A stretch of 60,836 nucleotides of DNA from Catajapyx aquilonaris (taxonomy: Eukaryota), in contig JYFJ02002224.1 of NCBI GenBank assembly GCA_000934665.2, positions 1 to 60,836 of the forward strand. Direction: 5' to 3'. Each line of letters starts with the position of its first letter. The stretch's first letter is position 1. The notes under the pieces are model-generated. The model was not told the DNA's origin. It made no database searches and saw only the letters and a list, made by a program, of their open reading frames with translations. Made by a program: the position numbers and the translations under genes. Shown here in pieces: positions 37,943-50,774 of the stretch.

Positions 37943-38830
37943 ATGTCGTTGGCGATCAAGAGTGAGTTGGACGTAGAAGATGAGAGCATCGTGACGGAAG
38001 AGACTTGGAAGCTGGCACTGAAGGAAGAGACTCCTTCATGCTTTGATCCCGATTCGACTCTCATTCAAGATGCTCTGAATGAAATTAAGGCTGAAGAAAA
38101 GGAAGACGAGATGATGGTTACCGTGCCAGATGTTGCGGACAATGCGGAAGATCCCTTAGCCATTAATCATGAAGGAATCAGTAACGGCGCAGTAACGGGA
38201 GATACGAAGGGGAAGAGGAAATTTAACTGCCAATTTTGCAATAGGGAATTTGACAATTTGCGTAATATGAAACAACATGTAAGGATTCATACTGGAGAGA
38301 CGCCGTTTAAGTGTCCGGTTTGTGATAGAAAGTTTCGGTATAGAACTACTTTGTCGCGACACAAACTGACACACCCTGGAGAAACTACTTCTGAAATTTG
38401 TCAGGATAGGTTGATTGACTGTTGCGGTTTATCAGAATGCAAGGAGCTGGCTATAATGTGTGAGGAATTAAAATGCGAGGTTTGCAAGAGGAGGTTTCGT
38501 TGTCTTTCCCAACTGAAATCTCACAAGAGAAAACATGCTGGGGCGAAATCATTCAATTGCTCTGTATGCAATAATAAATATTCCCGCTCATATGGGCTGG
38601 CCCTACACTTACGGACTCACACTGGCGAAAAGCCATATAGTTGCCAACTTTGCAACAAAAAATTCACCAACTTATCTAATATGAAGAAACACATACAGAC
38701 ACATACAGGTGAGAAGCCATATTCATGCCAGATTTGCCTGAAACGGTTTGCCTCAAAGACGGATCTACAGAGGCACCTCCGAATGCACCGGAGTCAGAAG
38801 AGTTCTAGTCACCAACAGGACGCAATTTAG
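37943..38830 (+). CDS. C2H2 zinc-finger protein, family B copy 3 (295 aa, 6 canonical fingers, no internal coding intron)
   Basis: Single open frame from MSLAIKSE... through DPLAINHEGIS directly into fingers with TGEKP linkers. Confidence 0.9.
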   Translation: MSLAIKSELDVEDESIVTEETWKLALKEETPSCFDPDSTLIQDALNEIKAEEKEDEMMVTVPDVADNAEDPLAINHEGISNGAVTGDTKGKRKFNCQFCNREFDNLRNMKQHVRIHTGETPFKCPVCDRKFRYRTTLSRHKLTHPGETTSEICQDRLIDCCGLSECKELAIMCEELKCEVCKRRFRCLSQLKSHKRKHAGAKSFNCSVCNNKYSRSYGLALHLRTHTGEKPYSCQLCNKKFTNLSNMKKHIQTHTGEKPYSCQICLKRFASKTDLQRHLRMHRSQKSSSHQQDAI

Positions 38831-40051
38831 CTCCAAACGACACACAACACACGGAAGAAAAACCATTTAAACTGCATGCAAATCCTGCACATGAAAATGA
38901 TGGTGTTGGGTTTGAAAATGTGACCTAATATTTCTTAGATGAAAAGATTCTGGTAGGGGTTTCCCTAAAAATTAATGTAAGTTTTGCCCTGCTTTATACC
39001 CCATTTGTACCCATTTTGTTACAATTTGTGCGTTTAGAGCATCAATAATTTTTGTTAACCCGAGCAACTTGTGATTGGAAAGAGTAATCTTGATTGGTCC
39101 GGAAGACGGTTGTTGTCCAACGGGCCAGAAGTGCTGCACCCAAATCTGCTTCAATGGGATCAGATGCCTGGGCACCGTGCTGGCTGCCGACCTGTTGACC
39201 AAATAAAAAATCTGCTCTCGAAACTGACAGGCCAACGCAAATTAGTGTAATGAAATGCTATACGTGAGATAATTTATTGAAATGTGTGCTTTGATGTATT
39301 CTTTTTGCTCTGATCATTATGGAATTGAAATATGTATATTTGTGTGAGAGATAATCATTAAACAAAGAGTTCACTCTTGTGTATGGACACAGCCTATGAC
39401 ACTTCCATCACCATTTTGGTTGCGACTTGCATTAAAATTAAAATTGAGTATAACTGTGGAACAGGTATGCTTATTTTTTTCATGTTAGTGTTGTAGGTAC
39501 TGTACCAAAAATTGTAATCTGTACTCGAAAGCATATGAACAGGACATAAAAAGTAGGAAAATTATTACCTATTTGAAAAACATATTTCAAAAATTTAATT
39601 GCTATTTTTGAAAAAAAATGTAACAGGTCTTGCAGTAGCGGTTACTTCAGAATAGCGCTTTAACCCAACACATGTAGACAATGGGGAACGAACCAAGCGC
39701 GGTGTGAACGCGCCCAGATTGTTTTTTCCAAGATGGCCGCCAGATTTATTCGTTATTTTTTTTTTTGATCTGTTGAGTCTTATTTCCTGCTCATTATTTG
39801 TAGGGTAATTACTTTTTGGGTTGCAGGAAGGAAGTTACAAAGGGTGAGTACAGCTGGAGATAATGTGGCTACATATTTTGGTGGTGTAAGGAGGGAGAGA
39901 AACTCAAGGAAAATTGATAAGAAAAAGGTTTCTTTGAAAATAAAAAATTGAATATTTGCACGAGTGTCTTGCTTAAAAAGAATTAAGTGAGGTACTAGCA
40001 ATTAGCATGTAACATGACCTGTGTGTAGTAACTGGTGCACTTTTCAGGATC

Positions 40052-41197
40052 ATGTCGTTGGCAATCAAGAGTGAGATGGACTCGGGAGATGAGGGCATCG
40101 AGACAGAAGAGACATGGAAGCTGGCACTGAAGGAAGAGACTCCGTCATGCTTTGATCCCGATTCGACTCTCATTGAAGACGCCCTGAATGAAATTAAAGC
40201 CGAAGCGACAGAAGACGAGATGATGGTTACCATGTCAGATGTTGCGGACAATGCGGATGATCCCTTAGCCGCTACTCATGAAGGAATCAGTAAGGTACAC
40301 TAGTCACAAACACCATAAAATATAGCTGAAAAATACGGAGAGAATTTTCTTGGTATTAACATAACGAGGCTTCATAAATGTGTAATGATGTCTCGTATGT
40401 TTTCATCTGTAGCACTGAAATGAATGGTTTGCAATCATGTTCGCGTAGCGGAATTAAATAATAATTATGTGTACGCCTTTCAGACAGAAGAGGAGAAGCA
40501 GGCAGAAGGAAATGCGGCGGGGAAATGCACCAAGAGACACTTCCGAGGGAGGCCCTGCGGATGCCACCTTTGCATGGGAGATAGCGCAGAGAAGAAATTC
40601 AGTTGCCAATTTTGCAATAGGGAATTTAACAAATCTGCTAATATGAAACAACATCAAAGGATTCATACTGGAGAGAAACCATTTACGTGCCAGATTTGCG
40701 ATGCAAAGTTTTGTTTTGCCTCTAATTTGTCGCGACACAAACTTACACACTCTGGAGAAACAATTAGTTCTGAAATTTGTCAGGATAGGTTGACTGACTG
40801 TTGCGGTTTAGGAGAGTGCAAGAAGCTGCCTATAGGGAGTGAGGAATTAAAATGTGAGGTTTGCAAGAAGAGGTTTCGTTGTCTTTCCCAATTGAAATCT
40901 CACAAGAGAAAACATGCTGGGGTGAAATCATTTAATTGCTCCATATGCAATAAAAAATTTGCCCGTGCCTATGGGCTTACCAAACACTTACGAACTCACA
41001 CCGGCGAAAAGCCATATAGTTGCCAATTTTGTCACAAACAATTCTCCCAGTGGTCTAGTAGAACGAGGCACTTGCGGACACATACAGGGGAGAAGCCATA
41101 TTCATGCGAGGTTTGCCTAAAAAGGTATGCTGGGAAATCGGATCTAACTAGGCACCTCCAAACACGCCATGGCGAGAAGCGTTTTGTTTTCCACTAG
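40052..41197 (+). CDS. C2H2 zinc-finger protein, family B copy 4
   Basis: Exons 40052-40294 and 40484-41197, phase 0; 6 canonical fingers. Confidence 0.9.
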
Positions 41198-41627
41198 GCA
41201 ATTTAGAGAGGCCGATGATTAGCATGTTATATATAGTTAGCGATATGTGCATCTAAAATGAATTAAATGTTATGCTCCAATTCCAAGAGTCATTGATGCA
41301 TTTAAATGTTGGAAATAAAATAATATTGTCATCAGGCATAATTATGACCACATGATTATGTACTATTTGCAAGCATTTTATCCTTGGTTGGAGGAAGGAA
41401 AGTACAAAGAGTCATCAGGCCATATTTCCACACTGTCTACGTAAAAAAAATCACAATTGTTTGCTTCTCTTGCACAACATGACACTGACGTGACAACCAT
41501 GGCACTTCCGAGTTGAAGTGTTAGGTTTCCATGACTTCAGCGGCTCGTTGACATTGTTGTCTCCTGCCTAATAAGTCTGGCCCTGCCTCACCTTTCCCAG
41601 CTTGTCCTGCCCTAACTTATTAGGACC

Positions 41628-42265
41628 ATGGAGGTGAAGATAAAGGAAGAAGTGATCGAAGGGAAGGAAGATGACAGCGTTACTGTAGAGGAGCCCTGGA
41701 ATTTGGTAATGAAGGAAGAAATCGCATCATGTTACGTTGATGAGTCCGCCACTGATGATGTGGCTGTTAATAAGTCAGAAGAGGGTGAACAGATGGTCAT
41801 TGCTTCAAATATCCCCGATGATGTGGACGACCCGCTGGCATGTACTAACGAAGGAAGCAACCAGGTAAGTTATATGCAACAATGGGCACAACAATCACTT
41901 TTGATGATTAACAAGCTATGCACTTAAACTAAAATGGATTTTTAATGTTTCAGGGAGAACATGAGAAGACGGCTGATAATGCGAAGAGAAAGTGTTTGGA
42001 GCAATCAGATGGTCTGACATACCGTGCTGCACACACCGCCGGGGAAAGGCCGTCCGTCTGCCAAATTTGCAACATGACGTTCACCAGGTCGTTCACTCTG
42101 AAAACGCATATGATGATACATACCGGGGAGAAGCCTTACACGTGCCAAGTTTGCCAAAAAAGGTTCCGCCGTAAATCACACTTGGAAAGACACTCGAAAG
42201 TGCACAGTTACGCTGCTTGGTTGCTAGATATGAAGCAAAGGCATTTAGAGCAGCAGCGTAATTGA
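41628..42265 (+). CDS. Two-finger C2H2 protein, family C copy 2
   Basis: Exons 41628-41864 and 41954-42265, phase 0. Confidence 0.85.
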
Positions 42266-43262
42266 GCGACGTACAAACCGCACACATGCAAATAATAAGC
42301 TACGGAAAATAATTTCTTTTTTTATTTAATTACTTTTATAATTAACCTGAGCTGTTTTCACGCACGCGCTGAGAATATGTTGATAGTGATAGTTGATCTC
42401 ATTTGTCACAGTTTTGAGGTAGTTCGCCTCATTTTTGAAGCAGGAGACGCATTGAAATGTGATTGGTGATTTTTGTAGTATAATATTTTAGTACAGCAAT
42501 TAAAAACATACCGGTACTTTTGGGAAATTTGATGCATAAAATACATGTAAAATTGAAATGTGATTAGTGCAATGTTAGCACGGTAATAAAATACTTAATT
42601 TTTTGTTTGTAAAATTTGATGCGTTAATTACTTGTTTACATGTGTGTGGACTTCAAAAGTGCAACACTTTTGTTGGATTCGCATAGGTCTCGTATTGTAC
42701 TCTTCACATACTAGTTCAATTAGTAATCAATTGTTAATTGGTAAATTGCAAATTAAGAAGTTAACACAATATTATTAACAACCAATTATTAAAATAATTG
42801 AACGTTATTTTGTAGCAGTTACTTTGCTAAGTAGCAGTGATTGTCATTTAGCAGCGATTGTGTTATTAAGCGGCGATGCGATATTTCGCCAAAAGGCCCG
42901 TTGGTCTGAGTGTGAACGCACCCACAAGATGGCTTCCTTATCAAGGCCACTCCAGCTTCTCTCTCCTTCTGTTTGAGGCTCATTTTCCGGCCTTTCCTCA
43001 TCAGTGGCGGTCAGTCTGGGCCGTGCGATGGAAGCAGCAGATGTTGAAGAGTAAGTTGAGCTCGGTTGGAGTCGAAGGGAGCCCAAAATGAGGGCAGGAT
43101 CTGTGGTCATATGTAGTGTGGCAGCATAAAAATAATGCGGAAGTCACTAGTTCAAATTCACTGTAAATATTGGCAGAAATGTTGGCGATTAATTGCAAAT
43201 GGTAATTAGTAGCATGGCATCATCATAGACCACATGTTGAATTTTTCAGGACCGAATCGGTG

Positions 43263-44931
43263 ATGATCAAGCTGGAGATGATGGACGGAATGGAGGGAAA
43301 TACTGCGGACGACATTGAGGATATGACGGAAGAGGCTCATGTTTGCTGTAATGATGAGTCGGCCGTTGACGTAAAGGACATTAAGATGGAAGCAATCGAG
43401 GAGCAGGCGTTCCTCGCTGAGCCTACCGGCAAAGAGGATGATCCGTTAGCCGTAACTCATAAAACTCCCGATAAGGTACATCAACAACATGCGGGGATAA
43501 AGCATGCAGTACTTACATTATCTTCTGTCTTTAGATTAACCTGAGGTCACAGAAGGATCAAACCACAGTGTGCAAAGTTTCAAAGCAGAATCAACAGAGG
43601 AGTCGTGCTATGGGCCGTTATCGAAAGACATGCGGGGAAGACCTGAGGCGGAAAGTGATTGGTAAATATTCCCATTGCATGTAATTTACTGCCGTTTTTC
43701 TAACGAATGGTTATGAACGTATAGAGCTAAGAAGAACGGGGCTGTCAGTCCGAGAGGTTGCGGCACGACTGCTTGTTAGCAAATCGACTGTCAGTACTAT
43801 TTATTTGCGGTTTGCCAACAGTTGCGCTGAGAACGAGGAGGAAGCTTTTAAGGAAGCTCTTACACCTAGGTTCAAAGGAAGGTAAATTGCAGTCAATGTG
43901 CACATTTCATGTCTACAAGCGTTACATGCCACAGGTGCGGACGTCCTCGCATGACCACTACTTTCGAGGATGAACAAATTGCGAAGATTAGCCAGCTCGG
44001 TATCCCCACATGTGTGTCTGCACCTGTGATATGGAAGGACATGGACTTGCAAGGCATTGTGTCCGTGGAGACGATCCGCAACAGGCTTCAGGAAGCCAGG
44101 CTGCGTTTACGCAAAGTCGATCCGAAGCCCACGTTGACATACTTAAGTCGACAGGAACGGCTGTACTTTTGTGGTAATTATTGGTAATATTTATCGACCG
44201 AGTGTGTTGCATGCAGCAAGTAATTCGTATGGCAATTTTTTCTAGAACAATACCAATCATGGACTACTTCCGATTGGGAATCAGTGGTGTTTATGGATGA
44301 AGCCATGGTAGAAGTCGGCTGGCGGGGGAAGCGGCAAGGGTGGGAGCTTCCGAAGCACAGAAATGACCCCCGGAATCTCAGGCTGGTCCAGAGAAGTGGA
44401 AGACTTTCTGTGGGTCTCCTCTCGTGGATGTCCGTCACCTCCGTAGGGCCTGTAATACCTGTCGGAGGACAGATGAATGCTGCGGACTACGTGACCATAC
44501 TTGACGAGGACGTGCTGCCTTGGCTGGACGAGGAGAATCCCGATGGATGCTACTACATGGTTCATATCCACTCACCGATCCAGACAGCAGATGTCGTTAC
44601 CGAATGGGTAATATTCTAGTGCACAATCGCAGTTTCTGGTACTTATCCTGGCATACGCTTGCAGATGGAGCTAAACCCTAGCCTGATGTTCATCGAGTGG
44701 CCTTCCCAGGCTAGCGACCTCAATCCGATGGCGTTCTTCTGGAAGATGCTTAAAGAGAGGCTGCTGGGAGAGAGATTTTACAACAAGGCCGCCCTCTGGA
44801 TGGCGATTCAGAGAGAGTGGACGAACCTCCAACACGATTTCTGCGCGCGCAAAAACCTGGTGGCCAGCATGCCCCGACGGATCAAAGAAATTCTGAGGAA
44901 AAAAGGAGGCTGGAGCCACACACACTGTTAA
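43263..44931 (+). CDS. Domesticated Tc1-like transposase fused to a ZNF-type acidic N-exon (454 aa, 6 coding exons)
   Basis: Exons 43263-43475, 43535-43661, 43725-43881, 43935-44173, 44246-44607, 44665-44931; introns 59, 63, 53, 72, 57 nt, all GT-AG; total 1365 nt with no internal stop. HTH GLSVREVAARLLVSKSTV, GRPR, SVETIRNRL, W..VVFMDE, WPSQASDLNPM, LVASMPRR..KKGGW. Confidence 0.85.
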
Positions 44932-45524
44932 ATTATTTTCACTGCCTTTTCTTTCGCTTTGAAAAAAACCTTTTGGTGAGTTTAAGAAATATACAGGAGG
45001 AGATGAAAGAATAATTTATTGGTGCCTCTTTATTTCAGTTTTCATGGAGAAGTGTACATTACATGATTGTTTAATGACTGTTATTAGTTGAGCCCATTCC
45101 TACAAAGCCATGTAATTTATAACTAATTAACGTGGTACAGTACAATGCATTCTGTGGGTAAATCTAATTACCTAAATGACTAGAGAGCGGGGATAAAGCG
45201 ACAACCCTACATTGTACTTCATGTTCCAGTTGGTCGTGACCACTTTTCGCCCCCATCAAATCAAATAACACTGCTTATACATCTCCCGACTTTGATGCAG
45301 GTCATAATGTAAACATCCCTGACTTATCTGGGAATAAAAATATACATGATTGATGTTCCCTTTTAGGGGAAAGGCACTGACATCTCGGCTGATAATGGGG
45401 CCTCGCCCTCTGGGTTTAAATATTTTATCTGGGGTCACCAATGTCACTATTTATTCAGTACTCCCCACATGATTGAGGAGAAAGGAGTCGTCTGATTCAG
45501 TCGAGTGCAGCATCCCCCGAGACG

Positions 45525-45732
45525 ATGGCCAACATCACCAGCAGTTTTGGTCTCTCTTTGTTGGCCACCCTTCTGTTCCTGTCAGGGGTCACTCATTCCC
45601 TGGCCATGGCAAGTAATGGAACCGAAAATATTCCTCATGCTTCCCATCCAAAGGAACCCAGTCAGATAGACCGACTGGAACTGGCCATACAAACAATGAT
45701 GAGAGGAATGGAGGATGGATTAGCTCGAACAG
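45525..45732 (+). pseudogene. Orphan FREP promoter + exon 1 duplicate
   Basis: About 45130-45790 closely matches the FREP copy 5 promoter/exon 1 without the Helitron; homology stops at about 45795. Confidence 0.7.
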
Positions 45733-45795
45733 GTAATGCGGGAGCGATGCTGGATATGAATATGAATGTGTAGGTCTGTCTCGCTGAAGTCCCAT

Positions 45796-46560
45796 TCATT
45801 TGATTGATTGATTTATTGATTTATTCATTAATTTATTTATTCATTTTTCTCCCATAGATATACACGACCTTGTCAGTCCACACCTGACATCTTCCATTTG
45901 CCGTGCCGCCCTGAAGATGAGGGCCAGCGAATATTGGGCCTATGAACTACATCCGAAGGACTGGTTCCTCACAGTGGAAAAAACAAAAAAACCAAATTCG
46001 CCAAGGTTCCTAGCTTATATCCATGTAAAACAATATGAAAACAATGATTTGAAGGCAGAAGGTGTGGGTGGCATTGAAATAAATTATTACAAAATGTTAC
46101 CTGCTCTTCTAAAAGCTTTGGAGAGCACCTATTCCCACATGCGTTCCGCAGGTGTTGATTTCAATGAAGAACAGCACTACTGTTTAAAAAAATATTGTGT
46201 CTTCCATAAAATTATTTTTCCTGGAGACCCATTTATTATTATCTGCAATATTCATCTCTTCCAAAATCTGAAGAACCATTCGTTGGAACCCTTCTTTTGG
46301 AATAATGAATATTCTGTGGATTTTTGAATCCTATACGGAGCAGGCGGTGGGGCATGATACCACGCCTGAAACAATGGTGGTGTAACAAATACTTCTGATC
46401 ATTTATTGCTTCCATCACATACCTGGAGTACTCTCCCAAGCCCTGACCAGGTACTGCGGAGCCTCCATCCTGGCCGGAGGTAGACGGTGGTAGACAAGAG
46501 ACAAGCATCCTCCTCGCAACATTTCTTAGGGTATATGCAATGAGAAAATGACCTCTTTTC
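45796..46560 (-). mobile_element. Unassigned insertion, possibly a decayed retroelement 3' end
   Basis: Interrupts FREP-homologous sequence on both sides and ends in an (AATAA/AATC)n-like tail on the minus strand; no recognisable protein motif. Confidence 0.3.
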
Positions 46561-46833
46561 GCCACCATCAAATCAAATAACACTGCTTGATATCTCCCCA
46601 CTTTGATGAAGGTCATAATGTAAACATCCCCGACTTATCTGGGAATAAAAATATACATGATTGATGTTCCCTTTTAGGGGAAAGGCACTGACAACTCGGC
46701 TGATAATAGGGGCTCGCCCTCTGCCCACAAATGTTTTATCTGTGGTCACCAATGTCACTATTTAAGCAGCACGCCCCACAGGATTGAGGAGAAAGGAGTC
46801 GTCTTGATTCAGTCGAGTGCAGCATCCTCCGAG

Positions 46834-48748
<1,915 letters not shown>

Positions 48749-49038
48749 GCGACAAGTACTTACTTTTTGCACATGTCAAACTTCAATATTCACCACCTGC
48801 ACCATTTTATAACTGCTCGCCTTGTTTGTGCGGTACGGTACCCTTATGCTCTGTAATAAGTTATAACAACAACTAATAATTATTTATAGTTATTATAGTT
48901 ATTAGCTCTTGGTCATGTATATGGCTGTTTGTTTCTCTTTTCTCTTTTTGACCAGAAAACATCCCGATATTCTAATAGATGTCATGCTCTTTGCAATAGT
49001 TGGAATTGGGCATTTTCAATGGCCAATATAATATTTAT

Positions 49039-49535
49039 CCCACCAAAAACCTTTCAGTAAAAAAAAGGCCAAGTTCTCCTGACTGCCCGGCCGTAAAAAG
49101 TGGTGAGATCTGAAATACGGCCAAGTTCAACGTCGTTGTCAATTACTGGCATTCTGAACTTCTTCAACCTTAACCACTAACTTTATTTTTCCAGGTCGAC
49201 CTTAAGTTTAATCATCGAAAGATTTTAATGAAATTTCTCTTGCTGTAACTTGGCCATTGCTCATGTCCGAGGTATTGTTGAATTCTACAACTGTTTCAAT
49301 GTTTTAAGAGCAGCACAATGGCCAAGTTACAGCAAGAGAAATTCCATTAAAATCTTTCGATGATTAAACTTAAGGTCGACCTGGAAAAACAAAGTTAGTG
49401 GTTTATGTTGAAGAAGTTGAGAATTCCAGTAATTGACAACGACGTTGAACTTGGCCGTATTTCAGATCTCACCACTTTTTACGGCCAAGCAGTCAGGAGA
49501 ACTTGGCCTTTTTTTACAGAAAGGTTTTTGGTGGG
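49039..49535. repeat. Long inverted repeat (about 220-bp arms, 56-bp spacer)
   Basis: 49039-49259 is the reverse complement of 49316-49535 with few mismatches. Confidence 0.9.
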
Positions 49536-49589
49536 TATTCCTTTACAGTTGCTTCTAGATTCCATATTGTTACGGTGGATGTATGCCTG

Positions 49590-49960
49590 TCACTTGAGGA
49601 TACACGCTTACTCTCCCCAATTACGCAGGACGAATTAGCAACTCACATAATGAAACTTAAACGCTCGAAAGCTGCAGGCCCCGACAACATTTCGAATAAT
49701 TTTTTAAAAATTGCTTCAAAAGACTTGTTCGACTACTTACTCTGCCTCCAAAACTATTGTCTGAAATGGGCTACAGTACCCACCAGCTCGCCAAAGGCAC
49801 TAAGTAGTCCCAATCTTTAAAAAATTACGAATCATCTCAAAAATCTCAAAGTGAACTCACAGAAAACAAAAGTTGTTTTCTCAAAATCGGGCAGACCCTC
49901 CAAACACGTATTACGAATGAACGATGTACAGATTGAACAGGTGGACCAATATACATAGAA
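49590..49960 (+). mobile_element. Decayed non-LTR retrotransposon (LINE) RT fragments
   Basis: PITQDEL...LKRSKAAGPDNISNNFLK (RT domain 0) and NLKVNSQKTKVV...IEQVDQYT (RT C-terminal) with an internal deletion. Confidence 0.8.
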
Positions 49961-50105
49961 ATATGGGTGCAACCAGCCAATCAGCTTCAGGCGACACAGT
50001 GAACATGTCAGTAGTGTACCTGTATCCTAGATAATAATAACAATTAAAAAAAACAAGGGTAGGATCAGCTAAAGACAGTTTAACAAGACAGATAATATTT
50101 ATTGC

Positions 50106-50444
50106 GGGGAGGTGTGGTGGCCGTGATGGTAACGTCTCGGCTTGCTGAGTGAAAGATCCCAGGTTCGATCCTCGCCTGGGGAACTTTCCTTTCACCTGCG
50201 TCAGGGGGGTCTCTGACCTGCACCTTGGAGGTGTCTGGCAACCTAACCTCCTGGGGAACAGCACATGACCCCTTTACAGACACTGCACTTGCACCTATGT
50301 TCCCTCCCCAAAAATCCCTATATCCTTGCCTCATGTCCTTTCATCCTTGCACCGGAGTTAGAAGAAAAAAAAATCAGAAAATTGAAGGAAAATGGTGGTA
50401 TTTCTATAAGGGCCTATCACAGGGTATAACGTAAAAATATATAT
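50106..50444 (+). mobile_element. tRNA-derived SINE with 14-bp TSD
   Basis: A box TGGCCGTGATGG, B box GGTTCGATCC; ATAATATTTATTGC duplicated at 50092-50105 and 50445-50458. Confidence 0.85.
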
Positions 50445-50774
50445 ATAATATTTATTGCAAAATCAAAACCAACACATATCCATAGTCTTTTTTGTTGGCG
50501 TACGATGACAGAAAATAGTTTATTATAATTATGGCTAGCTAATAGTTCGTATAGAGACATCTGATAATGTGGGTTGTAGGCCTACTGTACTTGTGTAAAC
50601 GAAATTTTCATTTCTCATTTTATGATCTATCGCTAGCAGACAGAAATATAGATGTGGTTCTGACTCGTGTAGAGATGAAGTAGCCTGAACACGGTAGAAA
50701 TTATTACTGATGCAGTCCACTGCGATTATTATGAGCATAACATTATTGTGGCAATGCGATGTTTATAACCTAAG

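Noticed and set aside
43535..44931. Ordinary decayed Tc1 fossil broken into short ORFs
   Set aside because: Every break coincides with a phase-compatible GT-AG intron and the joined frame has no stop or frameshift, which random decay would not produce
45340..45400. NF-kB/GATA-like sites in FREP promoters
   Set aside because: Only loose matches, and paralogs are too similar for conservation to be informative
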